Of a DNA stretch of 20,000 bases, positions 1-7,811 are shown one piece after another. Position 1 is the stretch's first letter; every line of letters starts with the position of its first letter. This stretch comes from an uncultured virus (IMG/VR IMGVR_UViG_3300042542_004481). Lineage: Duplodnaviria; Heunggongvirae; Uroviricota; Caudoviricetes. The position numbers and the translations under genes are program-made. The stretch is from positions 57,223 through 77,222 of IMG/VR virus record IMGVR_UViG_3300042542_004481; one strand, 5' to 3'. The notes under the pieces were generated by a model, which worked only from the letters and a program-made list of their open reading frames with translations, had not been told where the DNA came from and ran no database searches.

Positions 1-3000
1 CGGTAGGGACAGCAGGAGCAGGGGTAGCTGTTGTAAGAGGAGCCCCTGTTGGTGTACCATAAGGTGTAGTCGGAGTAAATGTTGCTGCTGTAGGAGCAGG
101 AGTCGGTTGAGGAGCAACTTTTGTTCTATTGTATTCATTAAGAATCCTTTGTACTTCTCCGCTGCCCATCTGCAGATACTGTCTAAATTCTGGGCTATTT
201 GCTACCTCGTCATCTGTTTTAGAAGCAACGTTTTGATCCGGCCACTGTTCTGCAGTAAGGCTATCAGCCCCTGTACGATCTTTAACAAAATTTCTATAAG
301 ACTGCACAAGAGCTGGCAATACACCCGCCGATCTGTATTGTTCAATACTTGATCCAGGATTAAGCGTAGCTCCTGCTGTAGGTCCGGTAGACGGTCTGCG
401 ACGACCAGGACGTATCTTTTCTCCAACTCTTTCTGGCTGAGCCACGCTCTGACCATGGATAGTTTCGATGTAGGATGTAGCAATATTAAGAGCTTCCTTA
501 AGGAGAGTATTATCCTTTGTTACTCCAAGAATCTGCGACAGCATATACTGAAGCATATTCAAAAACTCTTTCCAAACAGTTTTGCCTGTAGTTTCGTATT
601 CTATTGTATCAAGCCATGCCGCAAACCTAGGATTTGTAAACATCTCAGCAAGAAACTCATGTTCATTTTTAAGACCATAGAAAGGTTTTGATACAGCATA
701 ACCATATACCATTTCATCAGAAGGACGATTAGTCTCATACTCTTTGATAGCTCTATCCATAAGCTTTTTAATAGCCGCTTTGAACTGAGGGTTTTTATCT
801 AGTTCAAAGCTGGTAATCTCATGGATAAGCTCATGAAGAAAAACTGTTTCAATAGCTTTTGAATCTCCTCTATAGTCTGAAGAAAAATATCTAGGATCTA
901 TAAAGGTTCCTGTTTTACCATCAGCACTATATTGAAAGTATCCGCCTAGGCTAAGCTTCTTAAAGGTTATTACACTCTCCTTAGATACAATACCTAAAAG
1001 ACGTCTAGCAAGAGCTTTTTCCCGGTAAGTAGAATACTTACTATCGATTATTTTTTGTAAAATATCTCTAGTTTTAACTTTAGTTTCTACAGAAGGGTCA
1101 AGATTAAAGCCATATTCTTTGGCAAGATCCTCATATGTTCTGACGTCACCTTTGATTTTATTACGGGTTTGTCCAGAAAACATAAGAGCATCCATCCGCA
1201 TCTCTTCTTCGGGTATAGGCTTCTCTGTAAATCGAACTCCTTGTGCAGCTTCATACTTTTCAAATAGATCAAGGATCTTTTTATAAGTATCAGATTCAAA
1301 AGGAACCATTTCTTTTTCGCCGGCAATGTAGTAGAAAACAGAAGGTATCTTTTCTTCAAGGATAGCTTCCATACCTTTTTCATCTACAAATACTCCCATC
1401 TCATAAAGCTTTGAGAAAAGCTGGCTCTTATGCATACCTGCTAAGAACTTCTTATAGCTTTCTTCAATCTTAGCTTTATTTTGACGCTTAAGTTCTCCAG
1501 CAAGTTGAGCAATACGACTAGCGTATTCTGTAAACTTACTAGGATTGTGCAGGATGTCAACAGCTGCTGCATAAGACTCTCGGTCAACTCCTAAAGCATA
1601 GTAATCTTTGAGCTTCATAAAAGACTCATCAATACCAGCATCTATTGCTACTTCACCTTTAGCTCTAGAAATATATTTGACAAATTCTCTATAGTTGTCG
1701 TAAAGGTTCTGTGTAGCACTAGTTAGTATATCCTCTTCTCTTTCTCCCTCAAGTATTTCTAAACTGCTTACCTTACCGATAAGACCGCCGTTTTCATCAT
1801 AAGCTTTGCCCTTTTTAATCTTAGCAACAACAGCTTCCCGGCCTTTTTTATTCTTGACTTTTGTACCTTGTTTTACTTTAGCTCCTTTTTCGACAGATCT
1901 CTGTTCTTCGCTAACAACTCCTGTTTGATTAGCTTTATCTATCTCAACGGCTTTTTTATACTCGTCGATAGCGTCTCTGTATTTTTCAAGAACATCTAAT
2001 CTACCCTGCAGCTCATCCGCTTTCTTTTGAGATTCTTCATCTCCTTCACGGTAAACTTCAATAAGACCTTTTTCATTTTTGGCTTTATTACCTTTAAGAG
2101 ACTCTATTTCTACATCAAGAGTATTAGTATTAAGAGCCATCATGTATTCAGAAGCTATACTTTCAGCAACTGGCTTATTTGCAATAAGCTCATCCATAAC
2201 ACTCTTCATACGACCAGTTGTTCTGAAAAAGTCGTAGCTAGATTTTACAGCAGCTTTTTTAGCTTCTTCCCATCCTACCCAAGCGTTATATTCTCTTTCA
2301 TACCCTTCAGGATCAGTCTTACGGTTATAGCTTTTTGGATCAAAAGGATTACCGTATTTCTCTTCAGTTTCAGTAAACATCTTCTCGACCATATCAGCTT
2401 TCTTAAGGAAAGAATCTAAGCGAGATTGATATTCATTGCTTACTTCTTGATCAGTGCCCTCCATTGGACCAAAGGCTTCTTGTAAACCTTTAGCATCAAG
2501 ACCTTTCATATCCTTAATTTGATCTCTTATAAGATCTAGTTTTCCGAAACGAATAAGAGTATGAAGATGTTGAGATACACTATCGTCTGTAATAGTGTAA
2601 TAAGAACGCTTGTCATTGGCCTCATTGGCCATATCAGCTTCTCGCTGATTGGTAATCTGAGATACTGTGTTTTCAGTAATAGCATCCCAGAAACCGTTAT
2701 TCTCAGTAGCAGCGTTAAGAGCATCTACAATACTCTTTGTGTTTTTTTCTTGACTATCCCTCCACTGTTTATAATCTTCCGGTTTAGTCCACTTATGAAA
2801 CTGTTCTGGTACAATATCGAACATTAGCTTCTGAGGAAACTTGGCCATAGAGCCCATAAAGTATCCTGAAGAAAAAGTTTCAACAGCTCTTCCTGGATCA
2901 ATATTTTTCATATGATCATAAAAAGATCCAAATACAGATCTTGAACCTGTAGTATAGAAGTTATGGAAACGATCTTTATAATAATCAGTCATGGTATTTT

Positions 3001-4501
3001 GTACCACGTCCTGATATACTTCTTGAAGACCTTCTGTAATATTGGCTTTGCTATAGTTTACAAAAGAACCTAAGGCGTTATTGAGAAGATTTTTAGGTCG
3101 ATATGTAGCGCCTGTAGTAAGAGTTTTCCAAGTACCTTTCCATCCATCATCTACAACGCTCCAGGCAGCTTTACCTGCTTTTCTTAAAGCTTCATCGTAT
3201 ACTAGTTTACCTTTAATACCTTTTTCAAGTTCTTCTCTAAAAGCAGACATCGGTTTCCAACCTCTGAGAGCTTTATCAAAAACTATCTTATTAGATATCC
3301 AAAGAGCAGGAAGGTTCCAATAGAAAGCTTGTCGACCGGCATTACCGGCTTCTTCATAGATTCTTTTTAAATCTTCTTCTCCAGGAAGCTTTCCGTTGTT
3401 TTTCTTATAGTACTCATCTATAAGACTATCTCTTACATCTAGTTCTGTACTTCCTCCTTCTAGTTTGGATTCGGATACTATTGCTGTATAAGCTCGAGCA
3501 TCGCGATAGAAAGCTCCAAATGTTTTAGAGGCTCCGGCCCAACTAAGAGCTTTTTCAAAAGCTTTAGGACTTTTAGCAAGCTCTGTTCCATACTTAAATG
3601 TTTCTGGAAGAATCGCTTTTCCTATACCGCTAATACCCTTGCCTCCGTATGTTTTAGCAAACTTCCAAAAATCATTTGCTTTATCTGCTTTTTTAAGCCA
3701 GTCATATGTGGTAGTGATACCTTTTTGTACATCTTTGAACTTATCGTAAAGATTAAGAGCTTTTTTAATGTTTCTACCAGCTTGTGTGGCCGCTGCAGCC
3801 CAACTTGCTCCTGCAGTCTCTGGAGCTAAAAGAGTAGACGCCCCCCAAATAACAATTTCTTCTGAGGCCATCTCGGCAAGAATACCTCCTGTATAACCAA
3901 AGTCTACAGTCATATTATTAATCCAAGATCCTAGCCCTCCTTTGCTGTCATGACCTATAGCGTGCCATCGAGCCATTTCTTTAGCCGATGTAATATTAGG
4001 ATCATTCCAATCCCTCCAAGTATTCCAAGGAAGCATATCTGTATATGCAGACTGAGCAAGATTCAAACTAGAGGTCAAACTTCGACTATATCTCTCTAGC
4101 CAACTAGATTCTTTATTATAAAGCGATTCATTATCTCTGAAAGGAGTAAAGCCATACTTTTTATAAACACTAGGCAAAGCTGCATACTTCTTAAAGTTTG
4201 CTCCATCATAATCAGAGTTATAAGCTTTTACTTTAGAATAGTACGTAGGGTTATTAGCCCAAGTTCCAGCTGTTCTACCAAGTTCTCTTAATCTTTCGGC
4301 ACCTGCTTGAGACGAGGAAACACTTACCTGTTTTTGAGTAGGTATCATGTTTGTACTCATCACTCCCACAGGATATGACCGAGGAGGATCTGGAACTTTT
4401 ATATCAGTGATATCTAAACTTCTAGGATCTACTAACCCTGCCGATACATCAAGTTGTATGTTAGAAGTAGGAGCATCTAAAGGATTAACCGGTTCTGCCA
4501 T
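1..4501 (-). CDS. Giant virion-associated/ejection protein with zincin-like (HExxH) metallopeptidase domain; 3'-truncated by the window edge (at least 1500 aa)
   Basis: ATG at 4501-4499 lies 5 nt after the upstream stop (TAA TAA TC ATG). My manual translation (MAEPVNPLDAPTSNIQLDVSAG...) stays open to position 2, and the ORF track reports nothing in this frame because there is no stop. It contains a Gly/Ala-rich hydrophobic segment (3776-3901), EGLQEVYQ (3011-3034), long charged helical regions, FLHELIHE (HELIH at 821-835), YGLKNEHEFLAEMFTNPRF (about 623-680) and a Pro/Thr/Ala linker at the edge. Confidence 0.9.
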   Translation of the reverse strand, partial: MAEPVNPLDAPTSNIQLDVSAGLVDPRSLDITDIKVPDPPRSYPVGVMSTNMIPTQKQVSVSSSQAGAERLRELGRTAGTWANNPTYYSKVKAYNSDYDGANFKKYAALPSVYKKYGFTPFRDNESLYNKESSWLERYSRSLTSSLNLAQSAYTDMLPWNTWRDWNDPNITSAKEMARWHAIGHDSKGGLGSWINNMTVDFGYTGGILAEMASEEIVIWGASTLLAPETAGASWAAAATQAGRNIKKALNLYDKFKDVQKGITTTYDWLKKADKANDFWKFAKTYGGKGISGIGKAILPETFKYGTELAKSPKAFEKALSWAGASKTFGAFYRDARAYTAIVSESKLEGGSTELDVRDSLIDEYYKKNNGKLPGEEDLKRIYEEAGNAGRQAFYWNLPALWISNKIVFDKALRGWKPMSAFREELEKGIKGKLVYDEALRKAGKAAWSVVDDGWKGTWKTLTTGATYRPKNLLNNALGSFVNYSKANITEGLQEVYQDVVQNTMTDYYKDRFHNFYTTGSRSVFGSFYDHMKNIDPGRAVETFSSGYFMGSMAKFPQKLMFDIVPEQFHKWTKPEDYKQWRDSQEKNTKSIVDALNAATENNGFWDAITENTVSQITNQREADMANEANDKRSYYTITDDSVSQHLHTLIRFGKLDLIRDQIKDMKGLDAKGLQEAFGPMEGTDQEVSNEYQSRLDSFLKKADMVEKMFTETEEKYGNPFDPKSYNRKTDPEGYEREYNAWVGWEEAKKAAVKSSYDFFRTTGRMKSVMDELIANKPVAESIASEYMMALNTNTLDVEIESLKGNKAKNEKGLIEVYREGDEESQKKADELQGRLDVLEKYRDAIDEYKKAVEIDKANQTGVVSEEQRSVEKGAKVKQGTKVKNKKGREAVVAKIKKGKAYDENGGLIGKVSSLEILEGEREEDILTSATQNLYDNYREFVKYISRAKGEVAIDAGIDESFMKLKDYYALGVDRESYAAAVDILHNPSKFTEYASRIAQLAGELKRQNKAKIEESYKKFLAGMHKSQLFSKLYEMGVFVDEKGMEAILEEKIPSVFYYIAGEKEMVPFESDTYKKILDLFEKYEAAQGVRFTEKPIPEEEMRMDALMFSGQTRNKIKGDVRTYEDLAKEYGFNLDPSVETKVKTRDILQKIIDSKYSTYREKALARRLLGIVSKESVITFKKLSLGGYFQYSADGKTGTFIDPRYFSSDYRGDSKAIETVFLHELIHEITSFELDKNPQFKAAIKKLMDRAIKEYETNRPSDEMVYGYAVSKPFYGLKNEHEFLAEMFTNPRFAAWLDTIEYETTGKTVWKEFLNMLQYMLSQILGVTKDNTLLKEALNIATSYIETIHGQSVAQPERVGEKIRPGRRRPSTGPTAGATLNPGSSIEQYRSAGVLPALVQSYRNFVKDRTGADSLTAEQWPDQNVASKTDDEVANSPEFRQYLQMGSGEVQRILNEYNRTKVAPQPTPAPTAATFTPTTPYGTPTGAPLTTATPAPAVPT
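480..1000 (-). other. Zincin-like metallopeptidase domain within the giant ORF
   Basis: GGYF...TFID strand region, then VFLHELIHEIT, then the downstream EFLAE helix that probably supplies the third Zn ligand. This pattern is typical of MPTase/zincin domains in large phage polyvalent and virion proteins. Boundaries are approximate. Confidence 0.8.
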
Positions 4502-4506
4502 GATTA

Positions 4507-7500
4507 TTACTGAGCTGGGGTGTTATATAAAATCTGATTAGGATCTCCTTTATACTGTTGAGCGGCATTAGTCAAAGTAGTTCTATTAAGCATAGCATTG
4601 ATATCAAGATTTTGACTAAATCTTGTATAAAGATCGCCAAGATCTAACGTAAGGTCATGATAGGTAGGTTCAGCGGCTCGTGAAATATTATTACCATTAT
4701 CATCGTACTCGATAAGATTCATATCTAACCGATACATGTTTGTTTCTTTTGTTATAGTAATATTACCAGCCATAGGGTTTTCTATTTTAAGCTTCCCTGT
4801 ATTTTCCATAATAAAATCATACTCGTCATATACACTTCTTCTTAGATAGTCACTTTGCATTTTATCCTTAGGCATGTATACAACAATCCCTTCATCAGCG
4901 TATCTGTCATCATCAATAAGCTTATCGCTTTTACCTTGAGCTGAACGATATTGCTTACCCCAAGCTTTACTAGGAACAATTCTAAAAGCCATAGTTTTTT
5001 CATCACCTGCGGCTATAGGTACAATATCAAATCCTCCGGCAACTCTATCTTCATTTATCGGTAAACCTTCTTTTGAAAGTCTTCCACCTAAAGGAAAATC
5101 TTTTATTACTTGGTCTAATATGTCTCTAGCTCCAGCATCATTGTCTTCACCATCTCTATATCTTTCACCTGTATTTTCAATGTTACCGTAATAGATTTTT
5201 GCCTCATCTCTCAATGTGTTATAGTTCTGAATCATATCCATAAAATCCATATTGGATTGAGAATACTCAGGACTTACTCCAGAATCTATGACTCCGGAAT
5301 ATCCATGAGCGGCGTCATCTGTAGCTTTTAATCCTTTTGGATTTGTCCAAGAAGCTCCTTTATCTGAATAAGCTTGTCTCCACATAGCATAGCCTTGCTT
5401 ATATTCTTTTACAACAGCATCATATGACATTTCTTCTACAGTACCTAATTGACTAAGAGCTTGAAGACTTGGATTAATATACTCTCCTGCTTTTACAAAG
5501 GCTTTAGTTAATCCTCCAAAAGGTGTTGCTACCGCTTGAGCATTTAATGAAACATCACGAGCTTCTCTAGCAAGAACCATTGCGTTATGCTCCTGATAAC
5601 CTCTAGGATTACTCTTTTTAAAATTATTTACTCTTTCTGTAGCAATCTTTTTTAATTTCTCATCTAGTGTTTTATTTGTAGCAGGGTCATCTGCTACAAA
5701 ACCATCAACATTAGAGGTATCGTAAACTTCTTTAAACACTTTAAAAGAGCGATCCATCTCATTCCAATCGTCTTCATCTTCTGTATTTTGTTTTTGACTA
5801 AGATCCGCTTGAGCAAGAGTGATAGCTAGCTCAGATTGTTTTTTAGAAAAGTCGGTATGAGCCTCTACAAATTGATCACTAAGCTTAAAGTCTTTCTCGT
5901 ATTTAGATAACGTAGTACGAGTATCTTCTGTCACCCAAGAATTATTAAGCCATCCTGAACCGTTTGTAGGATCAAATTGTGTTTTAGTATTAGCGTAGAG
6001 CTGATTAAGAATTGCAGGATCGTCTAATAGCTTTTCAAAATCTTCAACAGCTTTTTTATCTCCGGTAATAAGAGCTTGAGGGTTTATGCCGTACTTGTTT
6101 TTCTTACCTATCGTACCGTAAGTTACATCACTTAGGTCATATGGTGTTATTTTGCCTGAGGCACCGCCTAAGATATTGTAAGTTACTTGATTTAATGCAT
6201 CTAAAGAAGCTCCTGCTTTAGGGTTATTTTGGTTTACTTGATGAGCTTGTTGAATAGCACGAATACCCTCTAAAACATATTGTTTAGCTGAACTATTTTT
6301 TCTATCAAGAAGAGCATTTCTTTGAGAAACGTTATCCTTATAAGCTTTGTTCTGATCAACAAGTGTTGTAGCTGTTCCTCCAAAATCTTTAGGAGTGTAG
6401 GTAGTTAATTTTTTTGCAAGTTCTGCCTCAGCTCTTTTTTTCTCTTCTTCTTCTATTCTTTTAAGCTCATACTTTTGATACATATCGGTTCCCCAAACGT
6501 ATCGTCTTTGACCAGTTTCAGGATCTATTTCAACGTAACCTTCTTTTTCTCTAGCTCTTTGTAATTGGAAAGCTTGAGCTTTAGCCTGGACAGCATAAGG
6601 GTTTTCTTTAATAGTAACTTCTTGGTTCAGTCTAGCATAGCCTTCTGCTACGTTGTAGGTAGTTTCTCTGAGCATATTAAAGCCCATCACCGAATCAAAA
6701 TTATCTACAGCAAAGCGAACATTATCCCGGTTTATGCCTAAAGCTTTTAAATTGTTATCAGCATCGTCATATACCTGTAGAGTCTGTTCTGTAGAACCTA
6801 CTTCTTCTTTGTCTTCTCTCCACCCCTCTAACCAATTCATGCTAGGAATATATCCTTGCTCTTTAATGGTCTTGTCAATACGCTGAGATCGAGTCTTTGC
6901 AATATCTGCGGCTTCAGAAGCTTCTTGTTTTCCTTGAGTAACTTTTCTCTTAGATGCTTCTACAAGATTACTAATGTAAGCCATGTTAGCTTCATTGGCA
7001 TCTGCATAGTTAGATAGATTCGCTGTTACCCAATCCATACGATTTAGATAAGCCCGCGTCTTATAGAACTCTACGATTTTACCATCGTTGCCATAACGAG
7101 AAAGATAGAAATCAGCAAGAGGCTGAATCATCTCTTTACCATTTTTGGTAGTAACAATCCAGTCTCCTTTAACTTCATCAAACTTTACTTCAAAGCCTGA
7201 GTCTTTTGCAAGCTTAATAGCATCTTCTGTAAAGTCTTGTGCTGCGACGTAAGAAGCATCAGCAAAATTTAAAGCATCTTCTGTTGAAGCATTTTTAAAC
7301 TCTTGAGCTTTGTAGTTAAGAGCTTTTACTCCGCCTTCCCACCAACTACCACCACACTTTTTAGTATCAACACAACTTTTAAAAGCATCTGCCCGCTTGA
7401 GCTCGTTCATGTAGTTCTTAGTCCACATCATATCCTTCACCACATTCTTATCTTCATAAAGACCTTTGAACACATCCATAGCTGCAGTTTGGTTCTGCTG

Positions 7501-7755
7501 CAAAGACAGATCTATCCCAGACATCCTTTGAATCTCTTGATCGATGCTTTTAAAGAACTGATCTCGAGCATCAATATTTTGCTGTCTAAGCATAGGAGAA
7601 TTAAGCAATGTACCATATACACTGCTTAATTGTTTGTGGGCCGCATCATAACGACTCTGCTTAGTCTGCAGAACGTTAGCGAGCATATTAAAATCCGGTT
7701 GGAACGGTTGTAGCTCTGGAATATAATCAGTTACACCTTGTATGTATGTTGCCAT
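4507..7755 (-). CDS. Putative internal virion/ejection (cargo) protein, 1082 aa
   Basis: Long uninterrupted ORF. The N-terminus (MATYIQGVTDYIPELQPFQPDFNMLANVLQTKQSRYD) is followed by a helical or coiled-coil-rich region. It sits between the cargo-like genes and the giant zincin gene. No catalytic motif was recognised; function is inferred from context. Confidence 0.75.
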   Translation of the reverse strand: MATYIQGVTDYIPELQPFQPDFNMLANVLQTKQSRYDAAHKQLSSVYGTLLNSPMLRQQNIDARDQFFKSIDQEIQRMSGIDLSLQQNQTAAMDVFKGLYEDKNVVKDMMWTKNYMNELKRADAFKSCVDTKKCGGSWWEGGVKALNYKAQEFKNASTEDALNFADASYVAAQDFTEDAIKLAKDSGFEVKFDEVKGDWIVTTKNGKEMIQPLADFYLSRYGNDGKIVEFYKTRAYLNRMDWVTANLSNYADANEANMAYISNLVEASKRKVTQGKQEASEAADIAKTRSQRIDKTIKEQGYIPSMNWLEGWREDKEEVGSTEQTLQVYDDADNNLKALGINRDNVRFAVDNFDSVMGFNMLRETTYNVAEGYARLNQEVTIKENPYAVQAKAQAFQLQRAREKEGYVEIDPETGQRRYVWGTDMYQKYELKRIEEEEKKRAEAELAKKLTTYTPKDFGGTATTLVDQNKAYKDNVSQRNALLDRKNSSAKQYVLEGIRAIQQAHQVNQNNPKAGASLDALNQVTYNILGGASGKITPYDLSDVTYGTIGKKNKYGINPQALITGDKKAVEDFEKLLDDPAILNQLYANTKTQFDPTNGSGWLNNSWVTEDTRTTLSKYEKDFKLSDQFVEAHTDFSKKQSELAITLAQADLSQKQNTEDEDDWNEMDRSFKVFKEVYDTSNVDGFVADDPATNKTLDEKLKKIATERVNNFKKSNPRGYQEHNAMVLAREARDVSLNAQAVATPFGGLTKAFVKAGEYINPSLQALSQLGTVEEMSYDAVVKEYKQGYAMWRQAYSDKGASWTNPKGLKATDDAAHGYSGVIDSGVSPEYSQSNMDFMDMIQNYNTLRDEAKIYYGNIENTGERYRDGEDNDAGARDILDQVIKDFPLGGRLSKEGLPINEDRVAGGFDIVPIAAGDEKTMAFRIVPSKAWGKQYRSAQGKSDKLIDDDRYADEGIVVYMPKDKMQSDYLRRSVYDEYDFIMENTGKLKIENPMAGNITITKETNMYRLDMNLIEYDDNGNNISRAAEPTYHDLTLDLGDLYTRFSQNLDINAMLNRTTLTNAAQQYKGDPNQILYNTPAQ

Positions 7756-7811
7756 TGTATCTGCGAAATTTAGACAAAAATCTTATAAGTTTTTTAAACC
7801 TATAAAGTTTA
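7756..7811 (-). promoter_or_regulatory. Only intergenic spacer in the window: AT-rich, two adjacent imperfect palindromes, possible promoter/operator
   Basis: AAAAATCTTATAAGTTTTTT (7776-7795) matches its reverse complement at 18 of 20 positions. It abuts TAAAC-N7-GTTTA (7795-7811). On the minus strand these are followed by TAAATTTCGC, one mismatch from the Bacteroidota -7 element TAnnTTTG, just upstream of the ATG at 7755. Confidence 0.4.

Noticed and set aside
202..2724. Short minus-strand ORFs 202-483, 1087-1383 and 2536-2724
   Set aside because: They are out-of-frame overlaps within the giant ORF (<1..4501), which explains the region better.
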